NCBI GenBank assembly: GCA_036444275.1
Contig: JAZGAD010000019.1
Location: forward strand, 1 to 24,545
Reading direction: 5' to 3'
DNA from: Candidatus Hydrothermarchaeales archaeon
Lineage (GTDB): Archaea; Hydrothermarchaeota; Hydrothermarchaeia; Hydrothermarchaeales; JAZGAD01
Length of the DNA stretch: 24,545 nucleotides
The notes under the pieces were generated by a model. The model ran no database searches. It was not told the DNA's origin and worked only from the letters and a program-made list of their open reading frames with translations. Of this stretch, positions 1 through 9,450 are shown in pieces. Within the stretch, counting starts at the first letter, position 1. Each line of letters opens with the position of its first letter. The translations under genes were made by a program, and so were the position numbers.

Positions 1-42
1 GTATAGCAAAATTTTATTAGATAAGAGTATACACGCTAACTC

Positions 43-1326
43 ATGGCAGACATGGTCCTCATCGTGTCCTACTTCTCTTTCCTCCTGGGATTTGGCGTGA
101 TCGTGGCCAACCTCATGAAGAAGATCCGCATCCCGGATACTTTCCTCCTTTTATTGGTTGGCTTGATATGTGGACCGACGATATGGCGAAACCCTGCGGT
201 CACGCAGTACGTGGACTTCATCATCGTCGACGTCAGTGCCATGGAAGTGGTACCGGATTTCCTCCGCGTCCTCGCCCTCGTGCTCATTGTCTTCGTGGGT
301 GCCTTCAACCTAAACGTCAGCGAACTCAAACGCTTCTCCGATATCTCCGTGAACCTCGCCTTCCTCGTCATGGCATTAAACACCTTGGTCCTGGGCTTTG
401 CCGCAAAGCTCATCTTCGGCCTCACATGGATACCGGCATTCCTCATAGGGGCAATAATAAGCGGCACAGATGCCAGCGTGGTCTTCACCTTCGGGGAGCC
501 CCTGAAGAAGCATAGCAACGTTCTCACTGTCCTCAAAGTGGAAAGCATCCTCAATAGCCCCCTGAGCGTCCTCATACCCATCCTCTTCCTCGACCTACTG
601 AAGCGATCTCCGGGGGCGATAGTCGAGCCCTTGATCTACATATCCCAGTTCTGGCAGATGATCGTCGCGGGCATAGGCAGCGGAGTGGTCATAGGCCTGG
701 CGCTAACCAAGATCCTGAACCGCATGCTCGAAGAGTACACCGCTTTAATAATTTTCGCCATAGCCCTGCTCACCTTCGGCTTGGCCGAGTCGGTGGGCGG
801 CTCGGGCATGCTAGCTGTCGCAGTCTCCGGGTTCATCATTGGAAACTTGGGCTTCCCTCACAAGGAGAAGGTCAAGGAGTTCCATGGCGAGTTCTCGGAC
901 ATGCTCCGCATATCAGTGTTCACCCTGCTGGGGGCACAGATATTTCTGAACCTCAACCCCCTCCTACTGGTGGTGGAATTTCTCTTCGCCCTCCTTGTTT
1001 TCGTTGTGCGCCCCATCTTCGTCACCTATCTCGCTAGAGATTTCGGGGAGGATGCTGGTTACGAGGGCTTCACCCTCCTCAAATTCGCGGCGCCCAGAGG
1101 AATATCCGCGGCCGCCATGGCACCCATTGCAGCTGTTGCCCTCGGCGACAAGCTCATCATGGACCTTGTGTTCATAGTCATCTTTTTCTCTGTGCTCATG
1201 AGTTCCATCGTCGCCAACCTCGTGGGCACTGGGAAGGTCGTGATCATCAAGGAAAAGGTGGACCGCATGAAGGCCGTGCTCAAGGGAAAGAAAGCTGCTG
1301 AAGAGGTCCTGGAGACAGAGGAGTGA
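43..1326 (+). CDS. nhaP: CPA1/NhaP-type cation:proton antiporter (atypical ND motif)
   Basis: 427 aa, many hydrophobic segments; SGTDAS (TD motif), LKVESILNSPL, VVRP and APRGISAA match the NhaP family. Confidence 0.85.
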   Translation: MADMVLIVSYFSFLLGFGVIVANLMKKIRIPDTFLLLLVGLICGPTIWRNPAVTQYVDFIIVDVSAMEVVPDFLRVLALVLIVFVGAFNLNVSELKRFSDISVNLAFLVMALNTLVLGFAAKLIFGLTWIPAFLIGAIISGTDASVVFTFGEPLKKHSNVLTVLKVESILNSPLSVLIPILFLDLLKRSPGAIVEPLIYISQFWQMIVAGIGSGVVIGLALTKILNRMLEEYTALIIFAIALLTFGLAESVGGSGMLAVAVSGFIIGNLGFPHKEKVKEFHGEFSDMLRISVFTLLGAQIFLNLNPLLLVVEFLFALLVFVVRPIFVTYLARDFGEDAGYEGFTLLKFAAPRGISAAAMAPIAAVALGDKLIMDLVFIVIFFSVLMSSIVANLVGTGKVVIIKEKVDRMKAVLKGKKAAEEVLETEE

Positions 1327-1443
1327 TCCAGAGGGGGATGGTCGGCCTTTCACTTTTCATGCGCTCTAGGTAAAACTAATTCTACATAAGAAGTGAAGGT
1401 GAGGGATGTAAATATTAAAAAGACTCTTTGAGAATGTGAAATC

Positions 1444-2658
1444 ATGCGCTTTGCCCATCTTGCTGACACACACTTGGGCTATAGACAGTATAACCTGGAC
1501 GAAAGGGAGGAAGACTTCTACTCTGCCTTCAGCGAAGCTGTGGACAAGATAATAGCTGAGAAATGCGACTTTGTCATCCATTCCGGAGACCTCTTCGACG
1601 AGGCTAGACCGCACATTCGAGCCATGCTGGAAGTCAGGAAGGCACTGGATAAGCTGGATGAGGCAGGCATAAGGGTCTTCGCGGTAACAGGCAACCACGA
1701 CAGGATAATACGGAAAGGCGCCTTTCCGCCCCACTCTCTCTACAAGCGGATGGAGCTGTTCACCCTGGAGAAACCTTACTTGGAGTTCGGCGATATCCTC
1801 CTCTGCGGCCTGCCCTATATACCCAAGAGCTATGGCAATGTTTTGAAAGACAAATTAGAGGAGCTCGCCCAGAAGGCAAAGGACTATGAAAAGAAGATCT
1901 TGGTCTTGCATCAGGGGATTGACAAGTACATAGGCTTTGAGACTGCATATGAGCTCAAGATAGGCGATGTTCCACGGGGCTTTGATTACTATGCCATGGG
2001 CCACGTGCACCTCAGGAGGATAGACGAGTTAGACGGTGGAAAGCTGGTGTATCCTGGCTCGACTGAGATATGGCGTGTAGACGAGCTGAAGGACTATGAG
2101 AAGAACGGGAAGGGATTCTACATCGTGGATACAGATAACTTCGACATCGAGCGCATCGATCTAGAGTGTATAAGGCCCTTCATCTCTGAAGAAGTGGGCG
2201 AGGAGGACATAGGAAGGATCAGAGAAGCGATTAAGGGCGATAAGAAGCCGATCTTGAGGCTCAACGTTACTGCCAGTGCTACCGACTATCCTCTGGTGTA
2301 TCAGAATCTTCTAGACGAGTTTCAGGAGCTCGTACTCCAAATGGACATAAAGAGGAAGCCAGAGGAAGAAGAGGAGGTAATCTCAGGCAAGGCTGTAAGC
2401 ATAAGGGAAATGCTGGAGGAAGCACTAGTTGATTGCACTGAGGGCGAGGTGGGCTATGCCCAGGAGCTTCTTGAAGCACTTTCGAATAGGGATATCGAGG
2501 AGGCCAGAGACTTAACGGAGAAGTTCTACAAGGGTTGGATTTTCCGTGAGATGGAAGCTGGCGAGGGTGAGAACGTGGAGCCTATTGAAGAGAAGGAAAT
2601 GGTTGATAGTGAAAGCCGTCTCACCGCGGGGCAGCGTAAGCTGGGGGCATTTAGATGA
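1444..2658 (+). CDS. mre11: DNA double-strand break repair nuclease Mre11
   Basis: Phosphoesterase motifs ADTHLG, HSGDLFD, GNHD, LHQ, GHVH, YPGSTE; stop overlaps the rad50 start (ATGA). Confidence 0.95.
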   Translation: MRFAHLADTHLGYRQYNLDEREEDFYSAFSEAVDKIIAEKCDFVIHSGDLFDEARPHIRAMLEVRKALDKLDEAGIRVFAVTGNHDRIIRKGAFPPHSLYKRMELFTLEKPYLEFGDILLCGLPYIPKSYGNVLKDKLEELAQKAKDYEKKILVLHQGIDKYIGFETAYELKIGDVPRGFDYYAMGHVHLRRIDELDGGKLVYPGSTEIWRVDELKDYEKNGKGFYIVDTDNFDIERIDLECIRPFISEEVGEEDIGRIREAIKGDKKPILRLNVTASATDYPLVYQNLLDEFQELVLQMDIKRKPEEEEEVISGKAVSIREMLEEALVDCTEGEVGYAQELLEALSNRDIEEARDLTEKFYKGWIFREMEAGEGENVEPIEEKEMVDSESRLTAGQRKLGAFR

Positions 2659-4688
2659 TAATAGAGAAGGTGGAGCTCAGGAACTTTAGATCGCACTTGA
2701 ATAGTGAAGTCCATTTCGATCGAGGTATAAATGTAATCATTGGAGAAAACGGCGCTGGAAAGACCAGCATCCTAGAGGCCATAAACTTCTCTCTCTTCGG
2801 GAAGAAGACCCCGATGAGGATCAATATAAGCGAGCTTACGACCAGAGGAGCTGAGGACGAGGGAATGGAGGTTTCTCTCACCTTTCAAGCAAATGCCAAG
2901 AAGTTCAGAGTGACGAGAGGCAGGGGAAAGACCAACACTGACAAGCTATACCAGGATGAGGCCCTACTGACTGGCGACGAGAAGGAAGGCCAGACCACAA
3001 AAGAGATCGAGAAAAACATCCACATGGACGCAAAGCTATTCTCCAACTCGGTCTACATAAAGCAGGGGGAGATAGATGCTCTAATATCCTTAGAACCAGC
3101 GAAACGAAAGGCACTGATTGGCAAGCTAATAGGCACCGAAGATCTGGAGATTGCCTGGGACGAAATGCGTGGGTTGATTAATGAATATGAGGATAGAATA
3201 GAGGGGGATATCCCAAGAGACATAAAGGAGGCCGAGGGAAGTCTCGTGGCCCATAAGGAGGAGATCAAGGAGTACGGGACGCGTCTCAAAGAGATCGATG
3301 GGACGATACATGAGAAGGCCGGGGCTCTTGAGAGCAGCAAGACTAAGGTTAGGAGCCTCAAGGAGCTCTCTGACGCCAGGATATTGTATGAACGGCTGGC
3401 AACGGACTACAGGACTCTTAAGGAGGCCCTCGATAGTAAGAATAGGGCTCTTGAGGAGAGATTTCTGAAGGCATCCTCCATTCTGCAAAAGAAGGTTGAG
3501 AATTACGGAGAACTGGAAGAGGTGTATAACGAGAGGAAAACTGCCTTAGAGGGTGAAAGGGAGGCCTTGACAGAAAATGCAATGAAGATCAAGGGGAGAT
3601 GGGATGAAAAGAGGGCTGTTGAAGCGGAAGTGAAGAAGGCTGTCTCAGAGCTACGAAAGGCTGAGGATAAGTGCCCAGTGTGCGGCTCTAAGTTGGATGA
3701 GAAACACAAGGAAAGGGTCTTCAAGGAGTACCAAGATGAATTGAGTAAGTTGGGGGAGGCTATGAACGGCCTAGAAGAGGAGCTCAAGGGCTACCAGGAA
3801 AAGCTTGAGGGGATGGAAAAACGATTGAAGTGCTTTGAGCAAGTGGACTTGAGGGAAATCAAGTCTTTCGGGGAGAGGAAAGAGGAGCTGGAAGGTAATA
3901 TGGCGAAACTGGAGGGTGAGCTCGGCGATATAAGAGATTCATTCACCGAGAAAACTGGCAAGCTTGGGCTAAAAGAGCTGGGCGAATTGTCTTGGGACGA
4001 GCGCTTTTCCAGAGTCGGTGAAATATTGGGTTCACTGGAGAAGGCAGTCGAGGATATATCAAGGGAAATCAGTGACCTGAGGGAACAATGGGGAAGGATG
4101 GAGACAGGGAAGAACATGACTGAGAAGGCGGTGCAAGAACTAGAAGAGAAGTTGAAAGAACTCAAAGCCAAGGAGAGAGAAAATGAGAAGCTCACGAGGT
4201 TCGTAGCCTTCCTCAAGAAGCTGCGCCTGCTTTTCGACAAGGATCACCTCCAAAAAGAATTGAGGATAAGGCATAAGCCCAGGATAGAGAAGTACACTAG
4301 AGAGCACTTCGACAAGTTCAACCTTCCTTATACTGATATTTGTCTCACTGAGGACTACAACATCACTGTCTTCGATACCAAGGGCGAGAAGAACGCTGAC
4401 ATGCTGAGCGGCGGTGAAAAGATAGCAGCAGCTTTAGCACTGCGCTTCGGAATAGCCAACGACTTATTGGAGAGCGCCAGTGCCATGGAGCTCATAATCC
4501 TCGACGAACCCACGATTCACTTAGACGAGCAGAGGCGGCTGGATCTGGTGGAGATAGTAAAAAAGCTGTCCTCTATACCCCAGACCATTGTTGTTACCCA
4601 TGATAGAGAGTTCGAGAGCGCTGCTGACAAGCTGATACTCGTGCAGAAGAGCGATGGGGCATCCTGTGTAGACTATAGAGGCGGGTAA
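2655..4688 (+). CDS. rad50: Rad50 SMC-like ATPase (short form)
   Basis: Walker A GENGAGKT, Q-loop YIKQGEI, coiled coils, zinc hook CPVCG, signature LSGGE, Walker B/D-loop ILDEPTIHLD, VTH. Confidence 0.93.
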   Translation: MIIEKVELRNFRSHLNSEVHFDRGINVIIGENGAGKTSILEAINFSLFGKKTPMRINISELTTRGAEDEGMEVSLTFQANAKKFRVTRGRGKTNTDKLYQDEALLTGDEKEGQTTKEIEKNIHMDAKLFSNSVYIKQGEIDALISLEPAKRKALIGKLIGTEDLEIAWDEMRGLINEYEDRIEGDIPRDIKEAEGSLVAHKEEIKEYGTRLKEIDGTIHEKAGALESSKTKVRSLKELSDARILYERLATDYRTLKEALDSKNRALEERFLKASSILQKKVENYGELEEVYNERKTALEGEREALTENAMKIKGRWDEKRAVEAEVKKAVSELRKAEDKCPVCGSKLDEKHKERVFKEYQDELSKLGEAMNGLEEELKGYQEKLEGMEKRLKCFEQVDLREIKSFGERKEELEGNMAKLEGELGDIRDSFTEKTGKLGLKELGELSWDERFSRVGEILGSLEKAVEDISREISDLREQWGRMETGKNMTEKAVQELEEKLKELKAKERENEKLTRFVAFLKKLRLLFDKDHLQKELRIRHKPRIEKYTREHFDKFNLPYTDICLTEDYNITVFDTKGEKNADMLSGGEKIAAALALRFGIANDLLESASAMELIILDEPTIHLDEQRRLDLVEIVKKLSSIPQTIVVTHDREFESAADKLILVQKSDGASCVDYRGG

Positions 4689-4689
4689 C

Positions 4690-6465
4690 TTGGATTCTAT
4701 GGCCTTCTTCCCCTATTCGGAGTCCAGGCACCTTCAGGAGGAGCTTATCAGTGCGATTTATAGCAGCCAGGAAATGCTTTGCAGTGCGCATACTGGCGTG
4801 GGTAAGTCTATCTCGGCTCTATCCGGCTTCCTAGCAGACAAGCGTGAGGGGGAGAAGATAGTTGTGCTCACGCGGACTAAATCGCAGGCCAAGATTTTTC
4901 TCCAGGAGATGAACTCGATATCCCAAAAAGCCAATGTGCCCTTCTTGACAATCCAACTTAGGTCGAAGCAGGATCTTTGTTCTGTGTTTAAACAGGGAGA
5001 ATCCAACTACGATGAGTTCTTACAGCTTTGTAGGCTCCACAAAGCGTGTGAGCACAAGAAGAATTTCTATAAAAACAAGAAACGCCTAGGAGACCTTGCT
5101 AGGAATATAGCTGAGGGGAATTTCGCAGATGGAAAGTACTTAGATTTCTGGTCCCTTACAAAGGAGCTATCTGGCTATGGGTGTCCCTACATGGTCCTCC
5201 AGGGACTAGTAAAATATTCGGATGTCGTGATTGCATCTTATCTTTACCTGCTCCACCCATTCATCAGGGAGGCATTCCTCCGTAAACTCGGCAGACCCCT
5301 TGAGGAGCTCTTAGTTATTCTAGATGAGGCTCACAACCTGCAGGGGCTTGACCTATTGGGTAAGACACTGAGCTTTAGGACTGTTGACCTGGCTGCTAAT
5401 GAGCTTAATTATGATTTCTCCAATATCTATGCCCTGTTCGAGGGTGATGATATGGAGCTGGATATCCTTACAGTTATTGAGCCAAATGAGATAATCTTCC
5501 TATACGAACGCGGGATAGAGGTTTTAGAGAGACGGATGCGTAAAGGGCAGAGGACATCCTATGCATATAGGGCTGCCTCCTTCCTTGATCTAGCACTTAA
5601 GCTAAGGTCAGAAAAGAATTGGGTATTTTTCAGGCAGGCTAATAAGCTGCACATAAAGGCCCTCTTCCCCTCCGAGATTATTAGGCCTTTGAGGAAAGCT
5701 AGGAAGCTACTCCTAATGAGCGGGACACTAACTCCGCCTGAAGGGTACAGGACCCTCTACGGTATGGACGACGCAGAGATACTTGTCCTTCCCAACGTCT
5801 TTCCACGGGAGAATCGCTCCTACTATGCTGTTCGGGGTTTGAACACAGGCTTGAAGTTGAGGGAAAACCTCGGGGATAAACTCTGGGTGGACTATGCATC
5901 GGTGCTTAAACAGGTGCATGAAGCATCGCCTAAGACTACGCTTGTCTTTTTCCCCTCATATGATGTAATGAAAAAGGTGGGCAAGCACTTGGACTCGGAG
6001 GTGATGAGCGAACCTACGGATAGCAGGGAGGTAGAGGCTTTCTGGAGGAAAGTGAAAAACAGGGAGAAGAAGATGGTCCTCGCGGTTTCTGGTGGTAAGA
6101 TGTCTGAGGGTGTAGAGTACACTGTCGGGAAGGGAAGCGCCCGGGAGAGTGTCGTTGCAACTGTGGTGATAGCTGGATTCCCATTCCCTGTGCCTGACTT
6201 CGAGATGGAGATGAAAGGACGGTATTACGATAGGGAGTTCGGAACCGGCAAGGCCTTCTTTTTCCTCTCAGTATTACCAATGGTGAACAAGGTGCTGCAA
6301 GGTGTTGGTAGAGCCGTGCGCAGTGAGCGGGATAAAGCTGCAGTGGTATTCCTAGATGACCGTATGGATTACTTCATATACTTCCCAGAGGAGGTCAGGC
6401 ACGAACTCCAAATGTGCGAGATAGACAAACTGCAGGAGGAGATCACTTGGTTTCACAAGCATTAG
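4690..6465 (+). CDS. xpd: XPD/Rad3-family Fe-S DNA helicase (start TTG 4690 or ATG 4699)
   Basis: Q-motif FPY..R..Q, Walker A AHTGVGKS, four Cys (DLC, LC, AC, GCPY), DEAHN, MSGTL, FFPSY, SEGVEY, QGVGRAVR. Confidence 0.9.
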   Translation: MDSMAFFPYSESRHLQEELISAIYSSQEMLCSAHTGVGKSISALSGFLADKREGEKIVVLTRTKSQAKIFLQEMNSISQKANVPFLTIQLRSKQDLCSVFKQGESNYDEFLQLCRLHKACEHKKNFYKNKKRLGDLARNIAEGNFADGKYLDFWSLTKELSGYGCPYMVLQGLVKYSDVVIASYLYLLHPFIREAFLRKLGRPLEELLVILDEAHNLQGLDLLGKTLSFRTVDLAANELNYDFSNIYALFEGDDMELDILTVIEPNEIIFLYERGIEVLERRMRKGQRTSYAYRAASFLDLALKLRSEKNWVFFRQANKLHIKALFPSEIIRPLRKARKLLLMSGTLTPPEGYRTLYGMDDAEILVLPNVFPRENRSYYAVRGLNTGLKLRENLGDKLWVDYASVLKQVHEASPKTTLVFFPSYDVMKKVGKHLDSEVMSEPTDSREVEAFWRKVKNREKKMVLAVSGGKMSEGVEYTVGKGSARESVVATVVIAGFPFPVPDFEMEMKGRYYDREFGTGKAFFFLSVLPMVNKVLQGVGRAVRSERDKAAVVFLDDRMDYFIYFPEEVRHELQMCEIDKLQEEITWFHKH

Positions 6466-6528
6466 AGATTAAACGGGTCTAGCTAGTCAAAGCTATCGCA
6501 ATCCATAAATCCTATGTGAAGTAAGTGA

Positions 6529-7488
6529 ATGATGATGTCTGAAGTAAGCATAAAGGTAGAGGGATTAACTAAAGTATTCGATGGATTGACTGCCGTAGAC
6601 CACATATCATTCGAGGTAGAAGAAGGTGAGATCTTTGGCCTACTCGGTCCTAACGGTGCCGGAAAAACCACAACGATAAATATGCTTACTACCCTCGCAA
6701 AGCCTACCTCTGGAAGCGCCTACATTATGGGTATGGACGTATCCAAAGAGCCCATCAAGGTCAAGAAGGCAGTTGGCGTCATACCTCAGTATCGCACACT
6801 TGACAAGGAGTTGACTGCTAGAGAGAACCTCCTAGTACATGGAGAATGCTTTGGCCTTAGCAAGAAAGATAGGAAGGCACGGGCTGAGGAGCTCTTAGAG
6901 CTTGTGGGTCTTTCCTCTAGGGCTGACAACAGTATCCGGGGCTTCTCAGGCGGTATGCTGCAGCGTCTCCTTATAACCAGGGCTTTGATGCACCGCCCTG
7001 AAGTCCTCTTTCTAGACGAGCCTACCGTCGGCCTGGATCCACAGACCAGACGTGCTATTTGGGGATATATACAAAAGCTCAACAAAGAGGGTTTGACGAT
7101 GTTTCTGACTACACACTACATGGAGGAAGCTGACCATCTCTGCGGGCGTATAGCGATAATGGATGATGGCAAGATAGTGAAGATGGGCGAGCCCGACAAG
7201 CTGAAGGATTTGATCCCTGGTGGCGATGCCATTCTAGCTCGGGTACTGGGGCCTTCTCCGGGGTTGCTTGAAAAATTGAGGGCCCTGCCAGAGGTGAGAG
7301 AGGTCAAGGAACAGCTTGAGAATGAAGTTGCTGAATACCTGATATACCTTGATCGTGGCGAAGTGATCCTCCCTAGTATAGTGGATATTATCAGAGACGA
7401 GGCCCGGGAGCTTAAGTCCGTAAATTTCTATGAACTTACCCTGGAGGATGTCTTCATAGAACTGACCGGGAAGGAACTGAGGGATTAA
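6529..7488 (+). CDS. ABC transporter ATP-binding protein (DrrA/NodI-like)
   Basis: GPNGAGKTT, FSGGM, FLDEPTVGLDP, TTHYMEEA, C-terminal TLEDVFIELTG. Confidence 0.93.
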   Translation: MMMSEVSIKVEGLTKVFDGLTAVDHISFEVEEGEIFGLLGPNGAGKTTTINMLTTLAKPTSGSAYIMGMDVSKEPIKVKKAVGVIPQYRTLDKELTARENLLVHGECFGLSKKDRKARAEELLELVGLSSRADNSIRGFSGGMLQRLLITRALMHRPEVLFLDEPTVGLDPQTRRAIWGYIQKLNKEGLTMFLTTHYMEEADHLCGRIAIMDDGKIVKMGEPDKLKDLIPGGDAILARVLGPSPGLLEKLRALPEVREVKEQLENEVAEYLIYLDRGEVILPSIVDIIRDEARELKSVNFYELTLEDVFIELTGKELRD

Positions 7489-7489
7489 A

Positions 7490-8290
7490 ATGGTAGATGC
7501 AGTGGACATCAAACTGAACTACACTGCATTCAAGGCTGTGCTCAGGAGGGACTACTGGGTCTTTCGGAAAGACATTAAGGGGAATTCTGTGCGCATCATA
7601 CTCCAGCCCTTCTTCTTCCTTGTGACCTTTGGCTTCATACTGCCGAAGATCCGCATCCTACCATTGGAGTACGCTGATATACTGTTGCCCGGCGTGATAG
7701 CGATAAGCGCCATGAACGCAGGCATATTCAGTGTTGCCGGACCCATTGTGCTGAGCTTCGACCACAAGGCGGAGATAATGGACCACATCTTGAGTCCAAT
7801 AAGCATCTTTACCCTTGCCGCTGAGAAGATTATCTTCGGTGCTTTACAGGGCCTACTCTCTGGGACGCTGATCTTCCTAATCGGACTGCTCCTACTCGGT
7901 AGCGAGGCAAGCATCGACTTGAGCCGCCCTTGGCTGGTGCTCGTAATCGTCGCATTGACCGGTATGGCGTTTGCTTCTATGGGGCTGATCCTGGGCACTT
8001 CGATACACAGGCCTCCAATAATGTGGGAGACCATGTTCTTCATCCTGACGCCCATGATGTTTTTCGGTGGCACCTTCTTTCCCATCAAGGCACTGAACGT
8101 GCTGCATCCCAGGCTGGAGTTGCTCGCATTGATCATGCCCACCACATATGCAAGCGAGGGCATAAGGGGCGTGCTGACGCCGCATGTAGAGCATCTGAAT
8201 CCCGCTCTTGCTTTTGCCGGCCTTGCGTTTTGGGTGGTAATCCTCTTCGCTCTTGGACTGAAGTCCTTTGAGCGCAGGGCAATAGATTGA
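7490..8290 (+). CDS. ABC-2 type permease
   Basis: About six hydrophobic segments, LLPGVIA, FFGGTFFP, PTTYASEGIR; starts 1 nt after the ATPase stop. Confidence 0.9.
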   Translation: MVDAVDIKLNYTAFKAVLRRDYWVFRKDIKGNSVRIILQPFFFLVTFGFILPKIRILPLEYADILLPGVIAISAMNAGIFSVAGPIVLSFDHKAEIMDHILSPISIFTLAAEKIIFGALQGLLSGTLIFLIGLLLLGSEASIDLSRPWLVLVIVALTGMAFASMGLILGTSIHRPPIMWETMFFILTPMMFFGGTFFPIKALNVLHPRLELLALIMPTTYASEGIRGVLTPHVEHLNPALAFAGLAFWVVILFALGLKSFERRAID

Positions 8291-8467
8291 TCACAGTAAC
8301 GCGGGGGTAGTGTTGAATGAGAGATTGATGTTAAATGGTTCTGTATCATTTGAGGTTGGTGTATCATGAGGTTGTCCCGTAATCGGTTGGTGCTAATTAA
8401 TCTTGATTACAGTATACATCGGTATATGTAGGCTTTGCACAAAAACCCCAATCGTAGCTCTTATTTT

Positions 8468-8493
8468 GGCACCGTTCAATTTTAGCGGTTGAT
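8468..8493 (+). repeat. IS6-like terminal motif GGCACCGTTCAATTTTAGCGGTTGAT; related copy at 16885-16909
   Basis: Begins like IS6 ends (GGCACTGTT); aligns by eye with TGTACCGTTGAAAATAGTGGTTGAT at 16885; near the edge of the AT-rich patch. Confidence 0.45.
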
Positions 8494-8527
8494 GACATAG
8501 CCGAACGATTTTGAAAGATTTTTATAG

Positions 8528-9058
8528 GTGCTAACTCTTGTGTTTAATGTGAATAATAATTGGGATAAAATTAGCCTAATTAAAAAACTAATATTGATTC
8601 CATTATTCCTCCCCTCAATCGCTGGATTTTATAACTATTTTTTCATGAAGTATTACAAGAATTATTGGTTACAGAATGTTTATGGCACATCCCGTGAGCC
8701 CATAGAAGCATTTATTCTTTTAATTATTATTTTTATTTCTTCCTATTTCCTTTCAAAGATACTAATTAACCTAGGTACAGAAAAAAATTATTTCAAACCA
8801 AGTTTTCCAAAAATATTATGGTTATTATTTATAGTGGTCATCATAAGAGTGAGTGCACCTATTACGGGACCTAAAGTAAATCTCTTTTTTTTCCCATTAG
8901 ACTTTTTGTATAGGGTTGTAACAGGAAGCAATTCTCTTAGTTTTTTGCCTTATAAAGGATATTTAGGATATATCTTTAAAAATATGCCAATTTACTATAT
9001 GGTTTCTTGTTCCCTTTACTATAAATTGCATAATAGAATTAAAAGAACTACGTCCTAA
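8528..9058 (+). CDS. AT-rich hypothetical membrane protein
   Basis: 176 aa with several hydrophobic stretches; markedly more AT-rich than flanking genes; start uncertain. Confidence 0.6.
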   Translation: MLTLVFNVNNNWDKISLIKKLILIPLFLPSIAGFYNYFFMKYYKNYWLQNVYGTSREPIEAFILLIIIFISSYFLSKILINLGTEKNYFKPSFPKILWLLFIVVIIRVSAPITGPKVNLFFFPLDFLYRVVTGSNSLSFLPYKGYLGYIFKNMPIYYMVSCSLYYKLHNRIKRTTS

Positions 9059-9117
9059 ACCCACACCGCATATAACACAAAACATGAGTGATATTGGTTC
9101 ATGGAATGGGAAGAAAA

Positions 9118-9261
9118 ATGGATAGAAAAAAGGTTGTAATTGTTTGCCTAGTATTTTTTGTTATCGGACTGATAATTGGGGGCTATGTTACTTATAAGTA
9201 TTTCATGAATATTTGGCTTCCTAAGTTTTTAGTTGGGTCTAAAGCTATCCGGATACGTTAG
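9118..9261 (+). CDS. Small single-TM protein (47 aa), possibly truncated
   Basis: Hand translation MDRKKVVIVCLVFFVIGLIIGGYVTYKYFMNIWLPKFLVGSKAIRIR: basic N-terminus plus hydrophobic helix. Confidence 0.5.
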   Translation: MDRKKVVIVCLVFFVIGLIIGGYVTYKYFMNIWLPKFLVGSKAIRIR

Positions 9262-9425
9262 AGACAGGAGTCTAGGCTCCTATTCTCCAACAACCTCTTA
9301 GCCAACCGCTCCTTATCCCCATTCTTCGCCCTCATACTCGGTCTTACTAGCTCTTCCCACTTCTTTTTCCCGAGGTCCAAGTCTATCCCTGCAACTTCCG
9401 CCGGAGTCCTACCGCTTAATACCCT
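9258..9425 (-). pseudogene. C-terminal remnant of an IS6/IS240-like DDE transposase
   Basis: Hand translation RVLSGRTPAEVAGIDLDLGKKKWEELVR...; L.GRTPAE.AGI..W is typical of archaeal DDE transposase C-termini; in-frame TAG directly upstream, so the N-terminal part is missing. Confidence 0.75.
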
Positions 9426-9450
9426 CTATTTTCAACCACCCACCGATTTT

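Noticed and set aside
7552-8367. Long antisense ORFs (e.g. 7552-8367, 20815-21591, 19664-20236, 69-581)
   Set aside because: Shadows of well-supported genes on the opposite strand, with no motifs
8342-8374. Imperfect tandem repeat TGTATCAT(TT)GAGGTTG
   Set aside because: Only two short copies with no supporting context; probably a local duplication
9068-9076. GCATATAAC resembling the R'' box of an integron attC
   Set aside because: No complementary GTTRRRY arm or hairpin found downstream and no integrase in the window
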